Below, piece after piece: positions 48,001 through 56,553 of a DNA stretch of 64,000 nt; position 1 is the stretch's first letter; each line of letters opens with the position of its first letter. A program made the translations under genes and the position numbers. Source of the stretch: Syntrophales bacterium (GTDB lineage: Bacteria > Desulfobacterota > Syntrophia > Syntrophales > PHBD01); the NCBI GenBank assembly GCA_963668175.1, contig OY764159.1, positions 2,336,001 through 2,400,000 on the forward strand. The letters are read 5' to 3'. Below the pieces are notes generated by a model. The model did not search any database, was not told the DNA's origin, and saw only the letters and a list, made by a program, of their open reading frames with translations.

Positions 48001-51000
48001 TCGACGGTGACGTCCGCGCCCTCCACGGGATTTCCCTTGAGATCGACGACGGCGACATTATACTTGACGACGTCCTTCGAGGCGACCCACGAGTCGGGCT
48101 TGATGCCCACGAGCCTGCCCGAAGGATACAGGGCGATATTCGCCGTGGCCGTCTTGGTTTCGCCGTTCGGGTCGCGGAATTCCATCTCTGTGTGGATTTC
48201 CCTGGCCGCGACTATTTCGGGAAGCTTCCCGAACGTCGCCCTGGCAACGCCCGCCGCGTCGAGCGTCACGTCCCGGGTCGGGAGGCGCAGCGTTTTGCCG
48301 GAAGCGGGCGGCGTTTCATCCTCGCCCTCTTCGGCGAATTCCTCTTGGTCCCTCCGGTCCGCGGCGCTGACCGTGCCCGCCTTGACGGGGCCCCCAGCGA
48401 AGACGTAATCGTCAAAGTCCGGGAAGGAGACGTTCCTCTCCCGGATTTCGGCCCGCAGCCGGACGGGCAGGTACGCCGCCCCGCCGCCGGAGAGATATGA
48501 CACGGAAAGATCGACGTTCGCCTCCTTCGGCCGGACCAAAGGCGAGGCGGGGCCCTGGACGATGCCCTTCATCAGCGGGACGCGGAACTCCTCCACGCGG
48601 AACGAGCCCGACGCCCGGGACATGCCCGAATACCTGCGGCGCGCATTACCGTCGCTCTCCTGCTTCCTGCCCAGGGCGATGCTGTAAGTCCCGAGCTTCG
48701 CGCCGTCCGGTATCTTCCAGGTGGTTTCGGCGACGCCGCGGGCGTGCCACGCGAGGGGGAAGCGGTACTGCTGGTCGCTCCCCTGGTGTTCGATGACGAT
48801 CTCGTCGGGCCTCTGCTCCGCGGGCACCTGGGCGAACCCGCCGATGGTGTGCCTGCGGAGGAAATGCTTCATGTGGACCGTTTCGCCCGCCTTAAACAGG
48901 GCCCTGTCGAGGACCGTATGGACGATGATGCCGTCCTGTGCCTCGTAAGAGGTGGGAAGCTGGAAGCGCCAGGGCTCGATGCCCTCGTGCCAGCTCGAAT
49001 GGGTGAAGGTCATGTCGCCCGCGGTCCGGGCGAAGACGTAGAGGCCGCCGCCCAGGTTCCCCAGGGCGTGCGACGCCTCGCCGTAGTTGGCATGGATCTC
49101 GCAGCGGGGGAGCGCATCCGCCGAGGGCAGGAGGGTGTTGACGAGGGCGACGCCCCGGCCGTCGGTCTTCCCGCGCCAGAGGGCGTTCCCTGTGCAGTCC
49201 CGGATGGCAACGTCCGCGCCGGGCACCGGCTCCGCGCGGTCGAGCGACGTGACCCAGACGAGGGACGACTCCCGGCCCCACTTGAAATGGGCGGCGAGGT
49301 TCGTGACCAGCGCGGCCGCCTGGACGTACATGGTCGGATGCTCGCCCAGCCCGCGGAGTTTCGCTGCGCCCTTGACGGCCCGGCGGTTGCGTTTGGGCGC
49401 TGCGCCGTCTTCCTCCTGGAATTCCTTGGGCAGCTTAAGCAGCCGGTCGCCCAGGATGCGGCTTTCGATCTCGACGACGTAGAATCCCGGGCCGCCCAAC
49501 GGTATGCCCATGACCTCGAAGGCCCTGGCCCCGCCCGGCTTCGGCACGGTGAGGGCCTTCCCTTCGCCGCTTTTGAAGATCGATTTCTCGCGCTCGGCCG
49601 CGGCCGTCTTGTGGAGCCACTCGATCACGCGCACGTCGCTGTCTGCCGGGACCATCCGGACCTTGCCCGCCATCTTCTGCGGGAGACTGCCCGCCGGGGG
49701 CGCGTCCGCGCTTGTCTTCGCCGCATCGCCCTGCGCTTCAGCCTGTTCGTCGTCGTTTTCACTTGTCCCCTTCAGGGGAGCCGCTGCTTTGAGAAGCCGG
49801 TTCTTGATGTCCGCCTCGATGTTCCGCACCGTCACGGGAAGCAGGCCGTCGCCCTTCGACTCGATGATGCCGAAGCGCGAGGAGAATTTCGCCAGCGGCG
49901 GGTACGTGTGCGTGCGCACTTCCAGCGGGAATTTGCCGATGTTTGAAAGCGCCCGGCCAGAGTCGTCCCTGACCGTTTTGGGAACGACCAGGGAGAAGAC
50001 GGCCTTCTCCGGGAACGGCCCGTTGAAGATCACGGAACGGATGAATGTCGCGTTGTCTTCGTCGTCCTTCTCGAACGCCGGTTTCCAGACCTTGCCGCCC
50101 TTGCCTTTGAGGACGATCTGCCTGGCAAGGTTGACCGGCACCGAAGCGGAGAAGTAGAGCTTCATGGGCAGTACCGGGATGCAGCCGACGCCCGGCTTCT
50201 CGCGGCCGCACGTGAAGTCCGCCTTGAAAGGCGACCGGACCTTGAAGGCCAGGACCTGGTCATCCGTCGTGGCGACGCCGCTTGCCGAGGCCACGCCCGC
50301 GCCCCAGACGAGCTTCACCTGCGCGGACGAGGGGAACCGCTGTTTCGCCTGGACGAGGACGAGGTGGCTGTTTTCCGTTTTTTTATGGACGATCCGGTAG
50401 CGGAGCTTCCCGATCCAGACGCTCGCGCTGTCCTTGCCGCGCGGGTAGATGGCCTCCATGATGGCGTCGCGCTCCTTGCCTTTCACGATCCTTGCGCCGA
50501 CGCGCTCCTTGATGCCTTCGACGGAGAAGTAGACCTGGCTCGCTATCGTCTCTTCGCGGGCTTCCGCGTCGAGGACGAGGGCGAAGATCTGCTGCTCGTC
50601 GATCTCCTCGTTGCCCTCATAGGGGTTGACGCCGATGACGGCGGGGCCGCCGGTGGAGAATTGGAATGTCCTTTGGCCCGTGACCTCTTTGCCCGCGAGG
50701 GTTTTGACGCCGGGCTTCAAAGCGAACTCGCAGACGACCCCCGCCGGGAGGTTGCGGGCGAAGTCGAACGACCAGTTGCGCCCGTCGATCCAGCGGCCCT
50801 GGCCCTTTTCCGGGCATTTCACATCGAAGGGATCTGTCAGGCGGGGATCGCCGAAGGCGACCATCTGCTCGGAGAACCGGGCCGTCGCCTGGCGGACGCC
50901 CTTGACGACGCCCTGCGGCGAGAAGAGGTCCACCGTGGCCGGCCCCTGGGCCATAACGGGATTCGTGAGAAGGGAAAAGAGAACGGCCGCCGCAATCAGA

Positions 51001-51014
51001 AGCCTTTTCGCCAT
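45069..51014 (-). CDS. Bacterial alpha-2-macroglobulin
   Basis: 1981 aa with signal peptide; MG domains (FRVEEFR); thioester motif YPYTCLEQ; C-terminal EALYAPE. Confidence 0.95.
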   Translation of the reverse strand: MAKRLLIAAAVLFSLLTNPVMAQGPATVDLFSPQGVVKGVRQATARFSEQMVAFGDPRLTDPFDVKCPEKGQGRWIDGRNWSFDFARNLPAGVVCEFALKPGVKTLAGKEVTGQRTFQFSTGGPAVIGVNPYEGNEEIDEQQIFALVLDAEAREETIASQVYFSVEGIKERVGARIVKGKERDAIMEAIYPRGKDSASVWIGKLRYRIVHKKTENSHLVLVQAKQRFPSSAQVKLVWGAGVASASGVATTDDQVLAFKVRSPFKADFTCGREKPGVGCIPVLPMKLYFSASVPVNLARQIVLKGKGGKVWKPAFEKDDEDNATFIRSVIFNGPFPEKAVFSLVVPKTVRDDSGRALSNIGKFPLEVRTHTYPPLAKFSSRFGIIESKGDGLLPVTVRNIEADIKNRLLKAAAPLKGTSENDDEQAEAQGDAAKTSADAPPAGSLPQKMAGKVRMVPADSDVRVIEWLHKTAAAEREKSIFKSGEGKALTVPKPGGARAFEVMGIPLGGPGFYVVEIESRILGDRLLKLPKEFQEEDGAAPKRNRRAVKGAAKLRGLGEHPTMYVQAAALVTNLAAHFKWGRESSLVWVTSLDRAEPVPGADVAIRDCTGNALWRGKTDGRGVALVNTLLPSADALPRCEIHANYGEASHALGNLGGGLYVFARTAGDMTFTHSSWHEGIEPWRFQLPTSYEAQDGIIVHTVLDRALFKAGETVHMKHFLRRHTIGGFAQVPAEQRPDEIVIEHQGSDQQYRFPLAWHARGVAETTWKIPDGAKLGTYSIALGRKQESDGNARRRYSGMSRASGSFRVEEFRVPLMKGIVQGPASPLVRPKEANVDLSVSYLSGGGAAYLPVRLRAEIRERNVSFPDFDDYVFAGGPVKAGTVSAADRRDQEEFAEEGEDETPPASGKTLRLPTRDVTLDAAGVARATFGKLPEIVAAREIHTEMEFRDPNGETKTATANIALYPSGRLVGIKPDSWVASKDVVKYNVAVVDLKGNPVEGADVTVDVFQESTISHRVRLVGGFYAYRHTTEIKALGRHFAGKTGKNGILVCEGKPPASGSIILHAEVKDAAGNTASANYTLWVAGSDEWWFAAKNEDRIDVLPEKKRYEPGETARFQVRMPFREATALVTVEREGVVDTFTQKLSGKAPVVEVPVKPHYAPNVYVSVLVVRGRVGDTKPTATFDPGRPAYKIGIGEINVGWKDHELLVSVRPNKGVYKIRETMDVRVKAMKAGGLAPPAGTEVAIAAVDEGLLLLMSNQSWKLLNAMMGRRAYEIETSTAQAMVVGKRHFGLKALAHGGGGGRQTTRELFDTLLLWKGRVALDANGEASVKIPLNDSLTAFRIVAVADGGTGLFGTGEATVRTSQDLMLMSGLPQLVREGDSFAAGFTVRNASERPMDVELTLSVGGKEKQPQETVSAKIAAGEAKEIAWPVTVPFDVDRLDYEIAVKEKGGEASDRMKVSQKVAKAVPVRTFQATLVQVKDAFRTDVEKPKDAVSGRGGVHVDVKPTLSRSLAGVREYMSYYPYTCLEQRVSRAVALRDRAMWAAIVRDMPSYLDGAGLLKYFPVMTNGSDVLTAYVLSVANEAGYEFPDYLKERTTGGLKGFIEGRVVRYGALPTADLSIRKVAAAEALSRYVNLSDKDLSSIPVEPNLWPTSAVVNWANVLARAEKLKDRDARLQAARQILRSRMNLQGTTMGLSTETISSLWWLMESLDSSTMKAILALLDAPGWDEDIPRLTAGAMNRMRRGHWDTTVANAWGVLAVEKFSQKYEATAVTGTASATLNGNTASVDWAGAPEGRTLSFGWPRGKETLRIAQKGTGAPWAVVRSMAAIPLKEPFSSGYKIKKTVTAVEQKVKGKWSRGDVLRINLDMEAQADMTWVVVNDPIPAGAGILRADMGGSSLLTAKEKSTGWAWPAYTERTFEAFRSYYEYIPKGKWSVEYTIRLNNPGSFKLPATRVEALYAPEMFGEVPNRDVKVEPANGQ

Positions 51015-51213
51015 GTCTTCGCCTCGCTTTCTGCGTGTTTTATGTGATGAATTTCAATGTCGCATATTGCTATTCCGTACTATGCATCAATTTGAGGGAG
51101 GTTTCAAACTGTTTGTGGGGTTGTTCATGGGGGTGGGTAAGGTGGTCAGCTGCCAAGCCGGGAGATAGCGCTATGCACAGGCAGGCAAAATGGATATAGC
51201 GGGTCTTGATTGA

Positions 51214-51972
51214 CTAATAGAGTTTGATAGAGCGTTTTAATTGAATATTGGTATCTTGGTACGTAATCGGAGGTGTCTCATTCCAGTAACGGCCGTCAAG
51301 AAGCCGTCCTGCCTTTTTCTTGTTAGGTCCTCCCCATTGCTTGAAAAAGAAAGAAACGCCATTAGATACACACTCATCCCTGATTTCGCGAACCCAGTCA
51401 GAATTCATTTCTCGTGCGCGTGTACCTGATTCACCGCCGACGATAACCCAATTGATACCCGACAGGTTCAAGCGACTCATGGGACCGAGAAGAGGCTCAA
51501 AAGAGATGAACTTTGTTTTGGCGGAACATTGCCGCAGGATATCAATACGTTGAAGATAAGAGTATTCTTCCACTGTCACGCCCATCCAAATATTATCTGC
51601 CCAAAATAATTCATCATTTAATTCCATAAGCCGATTTGCCCTTTTTGTTAGGACTTGAAAGCTGTGCCAGTGTGCAAGCTTCATTGTTTTGAAGACCTTA
51701 AGTATGAATTCAGTCGGTACATCAGGGTGGAACAAATCGCTCATCGAATTAACAAAGATTCTTTTCGGCGTTTTCCAGCTTAAAGGAAGAGCCAACATAT
51801 GTTCATGAACTGTCAATTTAAAACCATTCCTATAATTTATTTGCCCCATCGCTTTAAGCCGGTTTGACATAACCTCGGCATAACAATTATTGCAGCCAAG
51901 ACTGATCTTGTCGCATCCAGTACAGGGATTCCATGTAGCTTGCGTCCATTCGATTTTTGATTCAATACCCAT
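51214..51972 (-). CDS. DUF5131 / phage Gp37-Gp68 family radical-SAM-like protein
   Basis: IEWT..TWNPCTGCDKISLGCNNCYA (Cx6Cx2C), IFVNSMSDLFH, QVLTKR, SFEPLLG, WVIVGGESG, FFFKQWGG. Confidence 0.92.
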   Translation of the reverse strand: MGIESKIEWTQATWNPCTGCDKISLGCNNCYAEVMSNRLKAMGQINYRNGFKLTVHEHMLALPLSWKTPKRIFVNSMSDLFHPDVPTEFILKVFKTMKLAHWHSFQVLTKRANRLMELNDELFWADNIWMGVTVEEYSYLQRIDILRQCSAKTKFISFEPLLGPMSRLNLSGINWVIVGGESGTRAREMNSDWVREIRDECVSNGVSFFFKQWGGPNKKKAGRLLDGRYWNETPPITYQDTNIQLKRSIKLY

Positions 51973-51973
51973 T

Positions 51974-53089
51974 CTATCCTCGTTTCGGAAAGGAAACTCT
52001 TATATGATCCGCAAACCCACGAGAAACTTTCCGTCCATGTGTTTGGATTTTGCCAGATCGTTCCATCTTTATGAGCGCATCTTTATAATTCTTTGAAATA
52101 AACGGCCTGTCTACGCTATGGTCTTCATATATTCTACGCATTGTAAGCGTCTGACCTGCATACTCTTCTAGAAGCATATCCTCCAAGTCATCGAGAGGGC
52201 GATTTAATTCGAAAAGAAACATCTGTCTATTATTTGCTGCCGGACTGAAAGTGAAAGATGAAATCCCCTGATTTATTTCTGAGCTTGCCTTTGACATGAC
52301 ATCTTTCATCACTTCGTATCCTTTGAATTTTTTACTGACAAAAATCAAATGATGAGTTGTTCGTTTACCATTCGAATTTTTAAAGCAGAAGGGCAAGACA
52401 TACCGATGCCCAAAAGCTTTGAGAGCAAGGCTTAACTCATTTACAATTGTAGCTTCTCTCTCCATTGGCGTCAATGTTTCTAATTCATCTCTTAATTTCT
52501 CAGAGCGTTCAGGACCAAATAACGCGGCCATATGCTCCTGAACCATTGGGTTGCTGAGTCCCGCATTTATTCTGGAATAATTGAAAAAAAAGATACAATC
52601 ACAACCCCAATCTTTCAAGAAGGCATCAACCAGTCGAAGAGACAGGCCCTTATAGCCCCATGGATCGATGAAGGCAAGCATTGGTATTTTGTCAATTTGT
52701 TCAAATTCTGAAGCTATCTGATCTCCAACCTCTTCATTCCATATGATCGGTTGGTGCACAAGTTTTTCTATATTTGGAAGCTCATTTATCGCAGCCGAGA
52801 GACTTCGAATTTTCTCTTCATCTTTGTCATTGAATACTGTTACAAGTCTCCTCGAATAGACAGGATTTTCTAATGCCTTCATAAGCACTCGAAGTGGTGT
52901 TGATATCGCACCATCTTTATATCGCCCCGGTCCGGCAAATAGGTCAACGTAGCCGATTCGATTGTCGCCTCCGAAACGATTCTGCGTCGCAGTAATTATG
53001 CCCGCCCAGGCGTCGAAATATTTCTCGACAATTTCAGCTTTAACAATGGATTGTTCTCTCGACTCATCAAAAAACTTCTTTTTCACCAT
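51974..53089 (-). CDS. tcmP: Three-Cys-motif partner protein (methyltransferase-like fold)
   Basis: YVDLFAGPG, STP, FIDPWG; adjacent to DUF5131 with a 1-nt gap; SD AGGAGG; AT-rich. Confidence 0.85.
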   Translation of the reverse strand: MVKKKFFDESREQSIVKAEIVEKYFDAWAGIITATQNRFGGDNRIGYVDLFAGPGRYKDGAISTPLRVLMKALENPVYSRRLVTVFNDKDEEKIRSLSAAINELPNIEKLVHQPIIWNEEVGDQIASEFEQIDKIPMLAFIDPWGYKGLSLRLVDAFLKDWGCDCIFFFNYSRINAGLSNPMVQEHMAALFGPERSEKLRDELETLTPMEREATIVNELSLALKAFGHRYVLPFCFKNSNGKRTTHHLIFVSKKFKGYEVMKDVMSKASSEINQGISSFTFSPAANNRQMFLFELNRPLDDLEDMLLEEYAGQTLTMRRIYEDHSVDRPFISKNYKDALIKMERSGKIQTHGRKVSRGFADHIRVSFPKRG

Positions 53090-53563
53090 TTTTTTCCTCC
53101 TAACAATCTGTGGAGACGGAGAGCCGCCATCAATAACCAAATATCTGTCTCAAGTAATCAATCGCGATAGGATTGGTGTGAATGTTTTCATACAAGAAAC
53201 CCCGCGCTTTCTAGTGAGCTACGGGGCTTCGTGACGTCGATCCATTTTTCGCCTCTCAAGTTCATTGAAAAGGGAAACCGGTTCTGTCCTTAGGATACTC
53301 CTGAAATGTATAAGGAAAGTATACCGGAATTCGCGAATAGTCAAGCCATTTGCTGACGAATACTGCCTTTCTGCCGATGCTGTCGTCTACGGGGGACGGG
53401 GTCGGGAGAAGTAGCGAGCGGGGCGGACGGGGCGGGCAGGGGACCGCCACACGCCGCGCCTCCCAAATTTGCTTAATTAACCGCTGGACAAGTAACTTTA
53501 CTCATGGTATGTAAATGACCGGTGGTAAGTTGTTTCCGATCCATAAAGAATGGAGGAAGAGCG

Positions 53564-54232
53564 ATGCCGCACAGTCAGGACGAACATAAGGCGGTCTGCC
53601 GCCAGAGGCGCGAGCGGGAAAAGAGCCAGCGGATTCAAAGCATCCTCGACGCCGCCCGCAGGGTCTTTGCATCCAGGGGCTACCTGAAATCGACCATGGA
53701 CGAAATCGCCATGGCCGCCGAGATCACGAAGCCCACGGTCTACCTCTATTTCAGGACCAAGGACGACCTGCTCCTCAGCCTCATGCAGCCCCTCATCGAC
53801 GACATCCGGGGCGAGTTGGAAAGCGTCGAGGCGAGGCTCGATGCCGGGAAGATCGGCGACGGCGGCGTCCTTTTCGACGGCATCGTCACGGCCTTCTACC
53901 ACGGCTACGAATCCCTGCCGGAGACGTTCCGCGTCGTGCAGCTCTTCCAGCAGCGGGACCTGATCGGCGAGCTTCGGCCCGAAATCCGCGCGGCCCTCGA
54001 CGACAGGGGCCGGATCAACTTCGACATCTGCCGCCGCCTCCTGACGAAGGGCATGGAAAGGGGCCTGATCGGGCCGGTGAACGTCCATGCGATGGCGGAC
54101 CTGATCTGGGCGCTGGTGGTCGGCGTGATCCAACTGGAGGACTTCAAGGGCGACGAACGGAAGGGGCATCGGTTGAAAAGAAAAACGTTCGCGCTGGCGA
54201 AACGCCTGATGGCGGATGCGCTGGCTCTGTGA
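53564..54232 (+). CDS. TetR/AcrR family regulator
   Basis: ILDAARRVF...TMDEIA...KPTVYLYFRTKDDL. Confidence 0.93.
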   Translation: MPHSQDEHKAVCRQRREREKSQRIQSILDAARRVFASRGYLKSTMDEIAMAAEITKPTVYLYFRTKDDLLLSLMQPLIDDIRGELESVEARLDAGKIGDGGVLFDGIVTAFYHGYESLPETFRVVQLFQQRDLIGELRPEIRAALDDRGRINFDICRRLLTKGMERGLIGPVNVHAMADLIWALVVGVIQLEDFKGDERKGHRLKRKTFALAKRLMADALAL

Positions 54233-54297
54233 ACGTCGGAATATGAACGCACCGGAGAAACCGGCGAAACGATAAAAAAGGGGGGGAAAGACCAGGC

Positions 54298-56484
54298 ATG
54301 AACAGGAAGTATGTCGGCGAAAAACTCGAACGTGCCCGCAGGGAAGGGCGGCTGATGCTGACGGAGGCGGAATCGAAGGCAGTGCTGGCCGCATACGGCA
54401 TTCCCGTGGTGGAAGAGGCCGTGGCCGCGAGCGAGGACGACGCCGTCGCCCGCGCGAAGGGCATGGGGTTTCCCGTCGTCCTCAAGGGCCACGGAGCAAG
54501 GCTTGCCCACAAGACGGAACGGGGGCTGGTCAAGCTCAACCTGCGCTCCGTGACGGAAGTGCGCCGCGCCTACCGCCGGATCAAAACGGCCGCGGGCGGC
54601 GACTGGGAAGGGTGCCTCGTGCAGCCGCAGGTCGAGGGAAGGCGCGAATTCGTCGCCGGCATGTTCCGGGACCCCCAGTTCGGCCCGACGGTGATGTTCG
54701 GCCTTGGCGGCGTTTTCGCCGAGGCCCTGGCCGATGCGGCTTTTTGCATCGCGCCGCTTTCCGACGTCCAGGCCGACGACCTCCTCGACGACATCAGGGG
54801 CGCAAAGCTCCTGGGCGATTTTCGCGGGGAGAAGGCGGCGGACCGGACGGAACTGCGCCGCGTGCTCAAGGGCCTTTCGCAACTGAGCCTGGACCGCCCG
54901 GAAATCGCGGAGGTGGACATCAACCCCCTCATCGTCGCACCCGACGGCCGGGTGAAGGCCGTGGACGCCCTCGTCGTCCTGTCCGAAAACGGCGTTTCCG
55001 CAGCGGACGGGCCGGGGGAAGGAGTCCCGGAAGCGGAGGCCCTGGCGATCCGCCGGGACCTCGACGCCGCCTTCAACGCCAAATCCGTCGCCGTTGTGGG
55101 CGCTGCGCCTCCCAGGGAGAAGGGTTTCATGGGTATGTATGCCTGCGTTCGCGATTTCGGCTACGCCGGGCGGCTCTATCCCGTCAACCCCAACCTGGAC
55201 GAGATCGACGGCGTCAAGGCCTATCCGGACCTTGTGTCCCTGCCGGAGCCGGTGGACCTGGTCGTCGTCTCCGTCCCGGCTCCCCATGTGCCGGACGTGC
55301 TCCGGGATTGCGTCGCCGCGGGCTGCAAGACCGTCCACATCTTCACCGCCGGTTTCAGGGAAACGGGGGAGCCGGAAGGCATCCGGCTGCAGGAGGAAAT
55401 GGAGAAGATCGCGCGGGAAGGCGGCCTGCGGGTGATCGGCCCCAATTGCATGGGGGTTTTCGCGCCCAGGACGCAGCTCGTAACGTGGCCGGCGGCCCTG
55501 AAGGGAGCCGGTTCGCTGGCGTTTGTCAGCCAGAGCGGGGGCAACGCGCAGGAATTCACGAAGTATGCGGCCTCACGCTACGGCATCCATTTCAGCAAGG
55601 CCGTGAGCTACGGAAATGCGCTCACGCTCGACGGCGCGGATTTCCTCGATTACCTGTCCCGCGACGATGAAACGGAGATCGTCGGCATGTATATCGAAGG
55701 CGTGAAGGACGGCCGGCGGTTCCTGAAAATGGTCGGGGAGACCAACCGTCGCAAACCCGTCATCATCTTCAAGGGCGGGCTGTCCGAAACGGGCGCCCGG
55801 GCCGTATCCTCCCACACGGGGGCCCTGGCGGGCGGCGCAAAGATCTGGCGGGCCTTCTTCCGGCAGACGGGAGCGGTGCCCGTCGATTCGATCGAAGAGA
55901 TGGCCGATGTCGCCCTGGCCTTCCATTGCCTGAAGGAGATACGGGGAAACAGGACATGCGTTCTGGGATACGGAGGGGGATCGGTCGTCTCCGTGGCGGA
56001 CAACTGCGCGAAAGCGGGGCTGACGCTGCCCGCCTTTTCGCCGGCCCTGTTCGGCGAGGTGAGGAAACTGGTCCCGCCCGTAGGCGCCATGATCCGCAAC
56101 CCGATCGATGCGGCCGTGGCCTTCCAGGATGTCGACGTCATGGGGAATATCCTGCGGCTGCTCGCCGCGTCGGACGAGATCGACAACATCATCGTATTCG
56201 TGCCTATCGACTGGCTGATGAACGAGGGCGACGGCGGCGGCCGGCATATCGAGAAGGTCGCGCGTTTCCTGGCCGGGCAAGGGCGGAAGCTGGCCGGAGG
56301 CAAACCCGTCGTGGGCGTATGGAGACAGTTCGTTCCCGATCCGGAGAACCGGAAATGGGTGCCTGTCCTGGAAGAGATATTGCTCTCGGCGGGAATTCCC
56401 GTCTACAAGGGCGTGCCCAGGGCGGTCAACGCCCTCGCCAAAGCGGCCGCCTATTACGCCTTTCAAGAGCGCCGCGGTTCGTGA
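54298..56484 (+). CDS. ADP-forming acyl-CoA synthetase, beta-alpha fusion
   Basis: N-terminal ATP-grasp (HKTE, DPQFGP, DINPL), then CoA-binding (YPVNP, GPNCMG, SQSG) and phospho-His SHTGALAG. Confidence 0.9.
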   Translation: MNRKYVGEKLERARREGRLMLTEAESKAVLAAYGIPVVEEAVAASEDDAVARAKGMGFPVVLKGHGARLAHKTERGLVKLNLRSVTEVRRAYRRIKTAAGGDWEGCLVQPQVEGRREFVAGMFRDPQFGPTVMFGLGGVFAEALADAAFCIAPLSDVQADDLLDDIRGAKLLGDFRGEKAADRTELRRVLKGLSQLSLDRPEIAEVDINPLIVAPDGRVKAVDALVVLSENGVSAADGPGEGVPEAEALAIRRDLDAAFNAKSVAVVGAAPPREKGFMGMYACVRDFGYAGRLYPVNPNLDEIDGVKAYPDLVSLPEPVDLVVVSVPAPHVPDVLRDCVAAGCKTVHIFTAGFRETGEPEGIRLQEEMEKIAREGGLRVIGPNCMGVFAPRTQLVTWPAALKGAGSLAFVSQSGGNAQEFTKYAASRYGIHFSKAVSYGNALTLDGADFLDYLSRDDETEIVGMYIEGVKDGRRFLKMVGETNRRKPVIIFKGGLSETGARAVSSHTGALAGGAKIWRAFFRQTGAVPVDSIEEMADVALAFHCLKEIRGNRTCVLGYGGGSVVSVADNCAKAGLTLPAFSPALFGEVRKLVPPVGAMIRNPIDAAVAFQDVDVMGNILRLLAASDEIDNIIVFVPIDWLMNEGDGGGRHIEKVARFLAGQGRKLAGGKPVVGVWRQFVPDPENRKWVPVLEEILLSAGIPVYKGVPRAVNALAKAAAYYAFQERRGS

Positions 56485-56553
56485 GGGAATTCGTCTCCGG
56501 CTGCATCGCCGTCGCGTCAGCCGTGAGGGGCGGCGCGGCATGCTGAATTTTCG

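Noticed and set aside
53195..53345. Leader hairpin and tiny ORF (MDRRHEAP) upstream of tcmP as an attenuator or riboswitch
   Set aside because: The hairpin is real, but no known aptamer motif is visible and the peptide has no telling codon bias.
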